Source of the DNA: Eledone cirrhosa
Taxonomy: Eukaryota
Assembly (NCBI GenBank): GCA_964016885.1
Contig: OZ024746.1
Span: forward strand, 87,730,001-87,794,000
Direction of reading: 5' to 3'
DNA: 64,000 bases
Part shown: positions 1 through 14,423 of the stretch, in pieces
Numbering within the stretch: position 1 is the first letter of the stretch
Layout of the letters: each line of letters starts with the position of its first letter
Made by a program: the position numbers and the translations under genes
Notes under the pieces: model-generated
The model's input: the letters and a program-made list of their open reading frames with translations, nothing else
Databases searched by the model: none
Told to the model about the DNA's origin: nothing

Positions 1-24
1 GATACATATATATATATAATCATC

Positions 25-573
25 ATTATTTTAGGTCCACTTGTTGCTACTTGCAAGGATGGGACGTGTGCTATTCTGCACAGTATCTCTCCACTTGTCA
101 CGGTCCTTCGTCATCTCCTCCGTGAGCTTCAGCGATCTGAAGTCTACTCTCACCATCTCCGCCAATGAACTTCGTGGTCTTCGTGGACTGCGTCTTCCTT
201 CTACTGGGGTTTCTTGGCACTTCTTTACCCACCGATAGTCGTCTCTCCCACACACTAAAACTTATTCCTCTTATCCACAGTTTCTCTTTCAACTCATCTA
301 TGCTTGGTTGTTCACGCATATTGACATTGCACATCGAACGGAGCATGCTTGCTTCATCTCTCTCCAGCCGTCGCAAATCCTCTGCAGTTGCTGCCCATAT
401 CTCATTACCATGCAGCATCGTGCATCTCACAAAGGTATCATATAATCGACCTTTCGTACACAGGGACGAACCCTTCTTTGCCAACAGAGGAAGCAGCTCC
501 CTAAACTTCTTCCAACCCGTCCTTATTTTAGAGACTATGGCCTCGGAACAGCCCCTCCCTTGCTAATCTGAGC
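25..573 (-). mobile_element. 3' fragment of an RTE-like non-LTR retrotransposon (RT C-terminal region, frameshifted)
   Basis: Minus ORFs 98-484 and 31-255 give TKGRLYDTFVRCTMLHGNEIWA...LRRLERDEASMLR and VEGRRSPRRPRSSLAEMVRVD...DRDKWR, typical of the RTE ORF C-terminus. Confidence 0.85.
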
Positions 574-777
574 ACTTAGGCACCGGAAGATATCAACCAC
601 TTCTATAGAACCTACCTGCATTTGAAAAATGTGTCTATGACTATGACTTCTACTGTCAAATTTTTCTGTACATCTACAGCATATGTAGTTATATATATAT
701 ACATATATATATACACGTGTGTGTGTGTGGGGAGGTCTGGGTATGTGTGTAAGTGTGTGTGTGGAGGGGGGGGTATG

Positions 778-810
<33 letters not shown>

Positions 811-2003
811 GTGTGCATGTATATATATATATATATATATATATAGATAGATATATAGTGGGTTGCAAAACAAATTGATGGTAGTTTAATTTATTCAAGA
901 AGAGAGGTCGTTCTAACTTCATCCCAGATATAATTTTAAAAGAAAAATAAGGCGAATATAAATGTATGACCCTGCGTCTTATTGTGATTTCATATTTCAT
1001 CTACGGGTATATCATTAATATTTTTATATTTGTAGGCTACTTGTCTATTTATTAATGGAATTTCACCACACACGTCTCCAATTTCTTCAACGTAAAGCAT
1101 GAAAGTGAAACGGAAATGTTTCGACTGTTGGGATTTCATATTACTCCTATTGGTATGTCGTTAAGGTTATTTCATGAAGTTACCCACGCATATGAGTGCA
1201 TGAATCGTGTAATTGTGTGTGCCAATATATTAATCTATTTTAATGTTTCAAAATCAATATCTTCCCCGTGGTGCAAGACTGTTTTCTGAAGGATGTTGAA
1301 TGTTTAATCATGTTCGTGGTACAGGGATAGAAAGAAAGAAAAAATGAAAATAGAGAAGGAAGAAAAGATATAAAGAAATAAAACAGAATACTGAATTAAT
1401 GAAAGAAAGAAGGAGATAAACCAAACAATTCTCAACTAATTACAGAGCTATTTACTCAACGAAGTAGAATATGTGCCTTATTAAACATACACATGAAAAT
1501 AATAATCACATTTTATCGCGATACACTCATTCTCGTGGCTTTATTTATTTAAAAACACCCAGTTAGTATTTATTCCCTGATGCGAAAGAGTAATATTGGA
1601 GCTTGTTAAAAGCAGCGTATTCATAAGAAGCTGTAAGTTGCTTGTTACCATCGTTTTATTAAAACGGGATAAAGCTAATGTGAAACGGCTATAGCCGGTG
1701 TGGTTTATCCGAACTATCATAATATTTATCTTTAAAAGATAATATTGTAGTTGAACGTCAGTGTCTGTTTCCACAACAACAAATACATGTATAAACAAGT
1801 AAATATTTCGTCTTGCACAAATGTCATTCAGTTGAACGAGCAACTGGCATCTTATAGGTCCATCATATAAAGGTTGCTGAACGTTCCTGAAGCCGAAGAT
1901 GTATGAGTCGTTGCACTCGCACACGTACGCAAATATACACAATTATATATATGACACATAATGCAAGTAGGAAGTAACTGTATGATTGTATTGTACACAC
2001 ATA

Positions 2004-2800
2004 TCAGGTCCGGATGGTATGCAAGGATATTGGATAAGAATATGACATATGTTAACCCAAAACTGGCAGCCATGTTCAATGACTTCTTGTTCTCGGGTGA
2101 TGTACCGCAGTGTTTAACAAAAGGTGAAAGGTTCAAATAATTAATGTCTAACCCAAAGGAAATGACGTTGCCAACTAACAGCCTATTCTCACATGCATAA
2201 CCTTGATGCAGAAATTGCTAAGAAGCATTATGTCTGAGGAAATTTACGACCACCTCGACTTATAGCCGGATGAACAGAAAGTCATCCCGTGATATAAAAA
2301 TCAGTTAGCTATTTACAAAATGATAATAAGTAACTGCCAGAAGAGGCATATTGGTCTTGTCATGGGCTGAAAAGATTAGAAAGAAGCATTCTACATGGAT
2401 ACTCATTTTTAGATAACCAAGTACCTAGACGTGTTCAAGGTGATGCACATCATCAGACTTCTATTAAGTAATTGTTTCTACTTTTGGTACAAGGCCAGCA
2501 ATTATCCCAGTGCAATACTGGTACTTTATTTCATCGACTCCGTAAGGATGAAAAGCAAAGTTAACGTGAGTGGGAATTGAACTCAGACCATAAAGGGCCG
2601 TAACTCTTTGCTGCAAAGCATGACGTCCGACCCTCTACCGATACTGTCAATCCACCGCCCATACATCTATTAAGTAATAGCAGCATGAAGAACTGGGAGA
2701 CAGAGTAAAAAACTTGGGGACTGAGAATCAAGACCGGTGTCTTCCAAGGAGATAGTGTCTCTTCTTTATTGTTCGTCTTTAGCCTCATACATTTGTCCGT
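2004..2800 (+). mobile_element. Decayed R4/Dong-like (restriction-like endonuclease class) LINE reverse-transcriptase fragment, split by a SINE
   Basis: Manual translation across frameshifts gives SGPDGMQGYWI, AAMFNDFLFSGDVPQCLTKG, IMSEEIYDHLD, KMIISNCQKRHIGLVMG and, after the SINE, IKTGVFQGDSVSSLLFVFSLIHLS. Not in the ORF track. Confidence 0.75.
2473..2665 (-). mobile_element. tRNA-derived SINE (family 1), full length, with 13-bp target-site duplication
   Basis: Minus strand has a Pol III A-box-like TGACAGTATCGG, B-box-like GAGTTCAATTCC and body TTTCATCCTTACGGAGTCGATGAAATAAAGTACCAG. TSD TCTATTAAGTAAT at 2460-2472 and 2666-2678. Confidence 0.9.
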
Positions 2801-3284
2801 CGTATTGTGAGATTAATTGCGGGAAAAGAACTGGGACATGGAGAGTTTACCTGCATCCACCTCCTCTTTATGTTCGCATACTCCCATACGCCCTGAATAT
2901 TAGAGGCTGCAGGTAGCGACATGGTGTTTAATAGGGCACATTTTCCGATTAAATTACATCAATTATTGACATATCAAAGTAATAATAATAATAATGATAT
3001 GGAACGCTTTAGTAGAATTTCCACAGATGGTATTTCCCGACTTGCAAAGATTTGCGAGCGTCTAAAGTAATTCCAGATGCCAGGTGTGTTTCTGAAAAGG
3101 GACGCAAAATTAATACCCTCAGAGCTACAAATATAGAAAACCGATCACCTTCCTAAGATGTTCGGTTTAACTACAAATGAATTTATAATGGTCAGACAAA
3201 AATGATTTAAAAATACGTAAACATGCAATAAACTTATTCGGCCGATTTTAGCACGCCTCGAGGGACTTAACAACAAGAAGAAAT

Positions 3285-4115
3285 TATAATGGTTTCTGAT
3301 TTAGACTGGCTAACTACTTTGGGTGAGGGAAATCAATCAGTGTGCGTTGCTGGTACTTTATTTATTCGTACCCATAAGGATGAAAGGCAAAGCTAACCTC
3401 GGCGGGATTTGAACTCAGAACGTAAAAGGGTGTAATTATATGTCGGTCCACTGTCCTTATAACATGGAAATAATGGTTTCGTATATAGGCACATTGCCAG
3501 CAATTTTGGGGGAGGGAAAAATCGATTACATCTACCCCAATGCATTAATTGTACTTTATTTTATTGACCCCCGTAAGGATGAAAGGTAAAGCTAACTTCG
3601 ATGGTATTTTAACTAAGAGCGTAAATGCCCGTAACTCTATGCTGTGAAGCATGATGTTCGACGCTCTACCGATACTGCCAATATTAGGATTGACCTTCTT
3701 TCGAAACTGTTCAAATTTTAACGGCTTTAGCATATTTAATAATAATAATAATAATCAATAATAATAATAATTGTTTCTACTTTTTGGCACAAGGCCAGCA
3801 ATAACCCAGTGCATTACTGGTACTTTATTTTATCGACCCCGTACGGATGAAAGGCAAAGTGAACCTCGGCGGGATTTGAACTCATAATGGCAAGGGTCGT
3901 AACTCTATGCGTCAAAGCATGGCGTCCGACCCTCTATCGATACTGCCAATCCTTGATTTCTAGTATAGACACAGGGCCAGTAATTTGGTGGGAAGGGAAA
4001 GTCGATTAAATCGAGCCCAGTACGTTACTTATACTTTATTTTATTGACCCCGTAATGATGAAAGGTAAAGCTAACCTGGACGGGATTTGAACATAGAAAG
4101 TAAAGGGACGAAACT
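3285..4115 (-). mobile_element. Head-to-tail cluster of four family-1 SINE copies
   Basis: Four repeats of GTACTTTATTTTAT.GACCCCGTAAGGATGAAAGG.AAAG...GGATTTGAACT near 3350, 3550, 3820 and 4030. Confidence 0.9.
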
Positions 4116-4751
4116 ACCTGATAGTACGAAATCAATGTCAATATAAATAAGTTAACATGCACGAAATCAACTCTTATTTGGAGTACACGCATGAATGGCA
4201 CATCGTGACTCATACGTTTAATGCCTGTGATGCAAGAACTTTGACGAACCAATTAAACAATTAATTAATTAATTTAAAATTTAAGTAATTATCTTATTCA
4301 ATTGATGAAAATACCAAGCGGAATAAAATATTTTGTACACTTCATTTCATTTAAACAATCTTGCTAAATAAGTATACTTACGTATGTATATGTGTATGTG
4401 TACGTTGTTTCTACACAAACAACCATACACACAGAAACACACACATACGTATATTGGTATAGTATTGGTAAATGCGAGAAGGAATACTCAATATTTTATT
4501 GTAGATTTATATTCTATCGTGAGTGATCTAGTTTCTTTGTCCCTCCGCCTTCCTCTTTCTCTCACTCTCTTCGTCTCCCTTTCTCTCTCCCTCTCTCCGT
4601 TTCCCACTGTCTCTCTTATTCTCTCACTCACGCTAGATTGATATATAGACAATTTCCTATGTAATTATTTAATTAAGTCTTAAATTAATTTATGAAAACA
4701 CTTAATTGGTGTGTTAAATTGTTTTTCTTTGGTTTTTTTTTTTTTTTTGCA

Positions 4752-4779
4752 GGGCTAGGGTTAGGGTTAGGGTTAGGGT
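4752..4779 (+). repeat. Short interstitial (TTAGGG)n tract
   Basis: GGGCTAGGGTTAGGGTTAGGGTTAGGGT seen directly. Confidence 0.8.
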
Positions 4780-4850
4780 GACTTCGCCCATAAATATTAG
4801 TTCCTCCTTTACCTAGGCCAGTATTAAATATATTTAAGTCCCTGAACAAA

Positions 4851-5252
4851 ATAATTGTTTCTACTTTAGGCACAAGGCCAGCAATTATCCAGTGCATTAC
4901 TGGTACTTTAATTTATCGACCGCGTAAGGATGAAAGGCAAAGTTAACCTCGGCGGGATTTGAACTCAGATCGTAAAGGGCCGTAACTATGCTGGAAAGCA
5001 TGGCGTCCGACCCTCTAACGATACTGCCAATCCAGTCTCTGAACAAAATAATGGTTTCTTATATAGACACAAGGCCAGAAATTTGGGAGGAGGGAGAAGT
5101 CGATTAAATCGACACCAGTGCTTGACTGGTACTTTATTTTATCGACCTCGTAAGGATGAAAGGCAAAGTAAACCTCGGCAGGATTTGAACTCAGATCATA
5201 GAGGACAGCAACTCTATGCTGCAAAGCATTGTGTCCGACTCTCTACCGATAT
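4851..5252 (-). mobile_element. Two tandem family-1 SINEs at one target site
   Basis: Two SINE bodies with GAACAAAATAAT present three times (4844-4855, 5041-5052, 5257-5268). Confidence 0.9.
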
Positions 5253-5544
5253 GTCAGAACAAAATAATGTAAAATGCACCGAACCCATCTCCTTCATCCA
5301 AAAAGTTAAAAGTAGGTTTATCATCTATGTAATTTGCTGCAATCCATTGAGGAAATGTGAGGTATAATTGGTTGCGATTTGGTGTTTTTAGAGAAAACTC
5401 TATCAAACACAGATTGTTTGCGGATATAATTTTTCGTAAGATTCAGCCAAGATGTGGTCGTTTCTTGTTACAATCTGCAGCTGTAACACTCATATCCGAA
5501 GTGGCATTTCTACTGAAAATATATGTATAAACATAAGATCAGTC

Positions 5545-5577
<33 letters not shown>

Positions 5578-5585
5578 GGGTGTAT

Positions 5586-5730
<145 letters not shown>

Positions 5731-6387
5731 TCTGGTGGAGAATCGGCATGTAGGAGTTTCACCGTAATGGCAATTTAACCTGATAACAATTATTTCGATA
5801 ATCCTAAGCGAAGAAAACATCAATTTTTGTACATGTTTCAAAGACCCTTTATATATATACAGATGTATATACAGTATATCAGGTGCAGCGACCTGGTCAA
5901 TTACGTTTCATAAAGCCCACCGGCTTATTGCACTACCGGCCAGCACAACTAACAGCACCAAGACGATTCTGGGATTTCAGTTAAAAACAATGTCATTGTT
6001 TACACAGATGGTAAGAGAAGTAGATGCCATAAAAGGACGGAAATCATGACCAGAAGTCTCACGCGATGACGTTAGAGACCAAGTGTTGAAATACGATGAT
6101 ATTGTGAATGAAATTCTTATTCGTGTCAGCAGAGATAGTGAAGATCACAACCTACGTCTGTTAAACGAAAACACTTGATTGTGTAACTTGTTAGATACAA
6201 CTGCCGCGGATTTTAAATAGACGCATTATGGGAATATATCATCAAGATGATAAACACCTGAAACTCCATCCATTCTTGAAGCCAAATGCTTTACAACATG
6301 CTGCAACTGTTCAACTTACTGATGAGATTGCTAAACCACAGAGTAGTACGAGGAAGTTTAAATAGATCATTATAATTTTACTAATTT

Positions 6388-6570
6388 ATAATTGTTTCTA
6401 CTTTTGGCACAAGTCCAGCAATTATCTCAGTACATTACTGGTACTTTATTTTATCGACCCCGTAAGGATGAAAGGCAAAGTGAATATCGGCGGGATTTGA
6501 ACTCAAACTATAAAAGGGCGTAACTCTATGCTGCAAAGTATGGCGTCTGAGCTTCTAGCGATACTGCCGA
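6388..6570 (-). mobile_element. Family-1 SINE
   Basis: Matches the 2473-2665 copy along its length. Confidence 0.9.
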
Positions 6571-6940
6571 CCAGATATCACCACTACACCAGCACCGAAA
6601 CATAAAGCATTTCAGTAATCGACCACCACTGCTAAATGACATTAAAAATGGATTGCATTCCTTCTGCCACTCAAAAAGAATGGCAAGCTAAAACGAACAC
6701 AATCAGTGGTTTAACGACGGTTGGCTGAATATATATTTACTCACATGCATAAGTATAGATCTTACTAGAGGCACATACAAAATCTGATAATTGAGAAAAG
6801 TTGCTTTTACCAAAATTATATATAACACTGGCAGTCTTCATTCTGTGAGTATTGCGGATAACATGTATTAGATAAATATAAATTCTATACCTGTTTACAT
6901 ATCGGAGCTCAATCTTTCGTAATACTACATCTCACACAAG

Positions 6941-7780
<840 letters not shown>

Positions 7781-7970
7781 ACTCAAGTCCTACAAAGTGT
7801 AGAGTGCTGCTTATCCGATATTTGCATTGCTTTATTGTGCTCCAATAAAACTCACCTCCTACATATATATATAGTGGTGGAAGACTGGAAGGTAATATCC
7901 GTAGTGGTAGAGCACTCAGTTCAAGGGACGAGTTAGGTAAAAGTGGTTACACAACAGTTAGTTCACCATA

Positions 7971-8010
7971 CCGAGAAAAATTGTTTCACCTTCGTGGATC
8001 TTCAGCTCGG
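7971..8010 (-). ncRNA. Variant minimal hammerhead-like motif in the inverted PLE arm
   Basis: CCGAG-CTGAAGA-TCCACGAAGGT-GAAA-CAATTTTT-CTCGG. Perfect 5-bp stem I but non-canonical stems II and III. Confidence 0.6.
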
Positions 8011-8629
8011 GATGTGTATGGTTATAGGAACAGGAAGGACAACCGTACGAACGCGCATGCGCAGACACTCGGTCACTTCACACAGGCAATACTAGACTGC
8101 GTGCGGGGGGTGTAAGGGAGATAACTGCGCAAGTCCGGAAAGTTTTGGGGTTGAAATAAAATTAAAAAAATTAAAAATAAAGAATCAGTCCGGCGCCTTG
8201 TAGTTATGCAATATATGATCAGTGCGTGTGGACAGTATGTGAAAAATTCACTTCTCGTGTTTAGGCAATCACTATTGCGTAATCTCTTTAGGATAGTTAT
8301 TCTTTCGTCAATACATAAGCCACACGTCGGATTTCCCCTTGCGTATGGCTTTCCATTGAATGGAGTACCCTATACTTGAGTCCTTGAGGGACCATACGTG
8401 GCTCGCGAGTTTCGTGGATGGACGTCTGTCCAGGTATCTGAAGGTAGACTGGTGGTTCAGGAAACGCTCCTTAAATCGGCCCTCCGCCATGCCCACATAG
8501 GATTTGACCTCCTGTGGTTCGTTTGGTCGGTTGGGAGTGACCACAGCTTCATAGATTACAGCTGGCGTGTTGCATTGCTGTTGAAGGGGGCAAGCTTCAG
8601 GCTTACGGCAAGAGCACCCTGAGCACCCA

Positions 8630-9534
8630 CATACCCTTCCATAAGCTAAACGAGAAACTTAATTACATTCACAAGGACACATGCCTACTCCCACTGTTTT
8701 TAGAAACTTCGTTAAAGATATCAGTACTAGAACCTCAAACCTCTCCTCTAATAAGGCTATCTTTGACAGGGCGGCACCCTACTATAACACGGCGTTGGCT
8801 AACAGCGGCTTCTCACAACATATCACCTACTCTCCCACTAGCAACAACACCATTGAGAAAAGTAAGCGCATCAATAGACAAACTATCTGGTTCTCTCCTC
8901 CCTTCTCACTCAACGTTAAAACCAATGTAGGAAACACATTTCTAGCCCTCTTAGACAGACACTTCCCCATAGGTCATATATACCCTCCATCTTTAACCGA
9001 CACAAAGTTAAACTAGGATATTCCTGCGCTAAGAACATGGAGGCCCACATCACCAGCAGCCCTAGGAGCAACACCCCACCAGGGTGCTCTTGCCGTAAGC
9101 CTGAAGCTTGCCCCCTTCAACAACAATGCAACACACCAGCTGTAATCTATGAAGCTGTGGTCACTTCCAACCGACCAAACGAACCACAGGAGGTCAAATC
9201 CTATGTGGGCATGGCGGAGGGCCGATTCAAGGAGCGTTTCCTCAACCACCAGTCTACCTTCAGATACCCGAACAGACGTTGATCGACGAAACTCGCGAGC
9301 CACGTATGGTCCCTCAAGGACTCAAGTATAGAGTACTCCATTCAATGGAAAGCCATCACTAAGTCCAAGCCATACGCAAGGGGAAATCCGACGTGTGGCT
9401 TATGTATTGACGAACGAATAACTATCCTAAAGAGATTACGCAATAGTGATTGCCTAAACACGAGAGGTGAATTTTTTACACGTTGTCCACACGTCACCAA
9501 ACATCTATTGCATAACTACAAGACTCCGGACTGA
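8630..9534 (+). pseudogene. PLE RT C-terminus plus GIY-YIG endonuclease, disrupted
   Basis: IWFSPPFSLNVKTNVG, CSCRKPEACPLQQQC, VIYEAVV...SYVGMAEGRFKERFLNH, CGLC and LNTRGEFFTRCPH, with frameshifts and a stop at 9280. Confidence 0.9.
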
Positions 9535-9719
9535 TTCGTTGTAATTTTATTTTTAATTTTTTTTATTTTATTTTCAACCAAAACACTTTCCGGACTTTCG
9601 CAGTTATCTGCTTACACCCACCCCCCGCACGCAGTCTAGTATTGCCTGTGTAAAGTGACCGAGTTTCTGCGCATGCGCGTTCGTACGGTTGTCCTTCCTG
9701 TTCCATAACCATACACATC

Positions 9720-9759
9720 CCGAGCTGAAGATCCGCGAAGGTGAAACAATTTTTCTCGG
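9720..9759 (+). ncRNA. Variant minimal hammerhead-like motif at the PLE 3' end
   Basis: CCGAG-CTGAAGA-TCCGCGAAGGT-GAAA-CAATTTTT-CTCGG. Confidence 0.6.
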
Positions 9760-9788
9760 TATGGTGAACTAACTGTTGTGTAACCACT

Positions 9789-9829
<41 letters not shown>

Positions 9830-10318
9830 GGGGGGGGGGGTGTATACCGTAGGCACTCTTACTTAATGAATGGATTCAGGTGTCCACATTGAGATTTCCA
9901 TTTCTGTGTACAAACCCGTGCAGCGTTTGAGAACTGGAGAACATCTGCAGAACTGCCAATCTCTAAAAACCCAAACGGAGAGTACCATGAAAAAAAGTGC
10001 CAAAAGAGTGGAGAAACGAGGCAAGATAGGAAGGTTTTACATAATGAAAGCTATACTCATTTTTACAAAAGAAGACTTCTTTCACCCACCTCAAAGTAGG
10101 TGGGAAATCTCCCCGTCAGACAGGGAGTGTTGGCAAGTCTGCATCTGATTTTATCTATCTGATTAGCCGGGAACAATAAGAAATAATATATTTTCCTCGA
10201 CGCCACATCACACCGCCCCGTACTTGAATCGACATTTCAAACTTACGATTGTGATCCCAATTCTCAAACAAAAATGCTACGCATCTTCTAACGCACATAG
10301 ACACACACACATACATTC

Positions 10319-10396
<78 letters not shown>

Positions 10397-10402
10397 TACA
10401 TG

Positions 10403-10765
10403 CTGATGGCTGCCCCCTCGTTATCGAGTAGGGCCATTGCACGATATAACATTAATTGTTAATAGTTATCATTTAAATCTATCGTGTAATGCCTTTGCGT
10501 GGAGATTTTTTTTCAAGTGAGGAAAGACTGTGCACTAAGCCAACCAATCCCACTCTCTGAGTGACAGTAGCTATAACCCGAAAAGAAGAAAAGATCAACA
10601 TCATCAGTAACTACTGAACCGCAGGTTTTATGTCGGAATTATCCCAGTTTCCTGAGTTGCCTTCTCCCAGAAGAATGACAAATCCTAGGGGTCCTTCACT
10701 CCTAGTGATTTAACCACGCGATCGCGTATCCAGCCCGGTTATTTCTATGTCACCGCGCATAGACA
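10403..10765 (-). mobile_element. Short non-autonomous RTE derivative (5' UTR-like part joined to 3' tail)
   Basis: Minus strand has CTGGGAGAAGGCAACTC...ATAAAACCTGCG (RTE 5' UTR-like) and ends ACTCGATAACGAGGGGGCAGCCATCA, similar to the end of the 40608 element. Confidence 0.6.
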
Positions 10766-10893
10766 TACATATGCATACACATACATACATACATACATAC
10801 ATACATACATACATACATAGATACACATATACACATGTACATACATACATACATACATACATACATACATACATACATACATACATACATACA

Positions 10894-10924
<31 letters not shown>

Positions 10925-11191
10925 TATAATTATAATAGAATATAAAAGATAAACGAAAACAGATATATACATATATGTGTTCAAATCTTCAGGGACCAGA
11001 TTCGCTAAGGTGAAAAGAATACTGACTATAGGCAATGGGGTTTGCTTGTCTCAATTTAAGAAATAATCAAGAAAATAAATACAAACCGGAATTTATATTC
11101 TATTATAATATACGGCTCGGAAATATTTCTTTCTTAGAGCTATGTTGTTGTAAGAGACTATTTTGAGTTCCTAGCTCAATATATACTTTTG

Positions 11192-11265
<74 letters not shown>

Positions 11266-11314
11266 GCATGTACATTCATACGTACATACATACATACATA
11301 CATACTTACATACT

Positions 11315-11355
<41 letters not shown>

Positions 11356-11639
11356 GTACATACATACATACATAGATGCGTATATTATTCTGGTTTTGTT
11401 ATTTAATAGATTTTCAGCAATTCAAAGAGTCCGTCGCTATAGAAATAAGACTCTTTCGTTGGAATTTAGACATCAACTAGGGAAATGCGTGCGTATGCCT
11501 GAATGTGATTCTCCGTATGAGTGCAGGTATCGGTTTTTATTGTGTGTGTAGATGTCCAGATTTTGACATATATATCCATACACACACGTGCAGATATTTA
11601 TGTATATATACATGTGTATGGTGAATTACTCTAATGTTA

Positions 11640-13050
11640 CACCTTAATTTACAGTCCCATTAAAGGACTGTACTTGCATATATATATAGCCGAAATTCTC
11701 AAGGGTAATTCCTTGAGAATATGGGAATATGGGAAGATAGTAATTGTCAAAAGGATTGGTCAAACATTTGTTGTAAAGACAGATGATTCTATCATGGCAT
11801 TTGGTGGGAGGTAGGGGTAGCGGAACTTGCCGGTAGAACAAAGAGGGAGTGGGGGAAACCCAGTCAAGCGTTGAAAGTTAAATCTATAAAGCAGATACTA
11901 AGGATAGTGTGTAGAAGGTAAAAAAAACTGTACTGGAGAAGGGGAGGGGGTAGTTGAAAGAATAGGTAAATTGAAAGAGAGTAAACCAAAAAACCATTAT
12001 AAAAATAAGGAAACAAATATATAAAAAAAACAATTTCTGATTACTACTCCATTTCCACAATCACCAAATCTCTCATTGGTATTGCTAAGCTATAGAAAAG
12101 TTTAATAGGTGGAGCAAAATACTAAATACGAGATTGTATGAAAGAATTTTATAAAGCTGGCTTTACAGGGGGTCTAACACCACTGCTATAGTTAGTTAGT
12201 AATCAGCCAATGCTATGTTACGATGACAGGTTAATAAGATGAGAACAAAAATAATAAAATATTACTACAAAAATACTAATACGAAATATTAATTCAGAAT
12301 ACTAATACAGAAATACTAATACAAGAATACTAATACAAAAATACCATAAGAAATTTAAAAATCACAGAAATGGAGCAACAACAATTTACTGGGGTCTAAC
12401 ACATCTGCTATAAAAAGCGTAATCGGCCAATTCTATCTTAAAATTAGGGGGGGGGGGGTACTGAGGCTACAGAGGACCGATGGGCTGCATCGGGTAGGCG
12501 AAAAGGTGAAAAAAAGACAAGGAAGGATATCTGGGATGGAAGGACTAGGAAGAGATGGGAGGAAGAAGGAAATATATAGGAAAATATTAAAAAGTTACGT
12601 CTACATTTGTAAGCAGGGGTTACCCATTACAAAATCGGCAAGTGGGGTGTTTCAGCCCTTGTCTACCCCACCCGGGTCATTATGGGGTTTGAGGGCGAGG
12701 TAAGTCCTACGCAATCTGTGTTTGCATGCAGTTACCAGTTCGTCTTTCTTGTTTAGGAGTTGGTCCTTCGAAAACAGCATGTGTAATGTTTCCTCCGAGC
12801 ATAAGTTACACGGACAGCGTCCTCCCGTGTAAGAGTTAGCTCTCTACAGTAAGCTCCAAGTGAGATTGTAGGTTATATTATTATCTTTGAGGTCCTATAT
12901 GTGACCCGAAAGTGTAGTGGCATGACGCCAGGGCCGGCCCACTACCTCTTTGTTCTACCAGCAAGTTCAGCTACCCCTACCTCCCACCAAATGCCATGAT
13001 AGAATCATCTGTCTTTACATCAAATTTTTTACCAATCCTTTTGACAGTAT
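11640..13050 (-). mobile_element. Truncated PLE: GIY-YIG C-terminus, long 3' UTR and short inverted arm
   Basis: Minus 12930-12685 translates to [44 protein letters not shown]...LLNKKDELVTACKH. About 12938-13048 is an inverted copy of about 11744-11853. Confidence 0.85.
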
Positions 13051-13076
13051 ATATATATATATATATTGTCAAACAG

Positions 13077-13156
<80 letters not shown>

Positions 13157-13172
13157 GTATATATGATGTATA

Positions 13173-13360
<188 letters not shown>

Positions 13361-13744
13361 TTTAGTATACCAGTGTCGTTTGTTGATCTTGTATGAACGC
13401 AAGTATAATTCCAGAATTATAAGGCTCAATTCTTATCTGTAATATATGTTTATTTAAGTTCTACTTCGGAATTGATCATTGTCTCACTCCCGTCAACACA
13501 GACATGTATACATGCATGCGTGCATGTATACATAAAATGGATTTGATATTTTATTAGGTTTGGGACAATGCATTTAACGATAGGTGTGTTTAATTGTAGT
13601 TGACCTGTGCTGAACTCTACAATCGTAAATAACACTATGCAATAATAGAAGCTGTTGAAAGAGAACATTTTACGCTACCCGGCTTACAATTAAAAGACTT
13701 AGTCCTAAATAGGTAGGACTGTCTTAACTACTACTGGAACTGAC

Positions 13745-13838
13745 AGTGTCAGATCCACCACCACAATCACAACTACCACTACTACTACTGCTACTACTGT
13801 TACTACTACCACTACTGCTGCTGCTACTACTACTACTG

Positions 13839-13874
<36 letters not shown>

Positions 13875-14423
13875 ATGCTGCTGCTATTAATACTACAACT
13901 TCTGCTGCTGCTGCAGCTAAAACTACTAGTACTACTGCAACTTCTGCTGCTTCTGCTTTTACTACTACTACTACAACTGCTGCTGCTGCTATTACTACTA
14001 CAACTACTGCTGCTACTACTGCTGCTACTACTACTACTACTGCTGCTGTTGCTGCTACTACTGATGCTACTGCTACTACTACTGATGTTACTACTACTGC
14101 TGCTGCTACTACTACTACTACTACTAATACTCCTACAATTTCTGCTGCTGCTGTTACTACTACTACAACATCTGCTGCTGCTGCTGCTGCTGCTACTACT
14201 ACTACTACTAATACAACTGCTGCTGATGCTGCTACTACTACTACTACAACTGCTGCTGATGCTGCTACTACTACTACAACTGCTGCTGCTACTTCTACTA
14301 CTGCTGTTACTCCTGATGCTGCTGCTACTACTACTGGTGCTACTACTACTGCTGCTGCTGCTGCTCTTGCTGTTGCTGCATCTTCTGTTGCTCCATCTCC
14401 TGCTAATACTACTACTACTAATA
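13745..14423. repeat. Degenerate (ACT/GCT)n trinucleotide tract, about 680 bp
   Basis: Seen directly; gives the poly-L and poly-S ORFs. Confidence 0.95.

Larger units (their letters stand above)
7942..9790 (+). mobile_element. 5'-truncated Penelope-like element (Naiad-type) with about 680-bp inverted 5' arm
   Basis: 7942-8621 is the reverse complement of about 9080-9790 with a small deletion. The sense part encodes RT thumb and GIY-YIG remnants. Confidence 0.93.

Noticed and set aside
4752-4779. Telomere or chromosome-fusion signature
   Set aside because: Only about four units in one orientation; such tracts are common inside invertebrate repeats.
9280-9282. In-frame TGA in the PLE GIY-YIG as possible selenocysteine (some Naiads encode selenoproteins)
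   Set aside because: It is not at a conserved Cys position, the inverted arm has a Pro codon there, and the Cys motifs use TGY codons.
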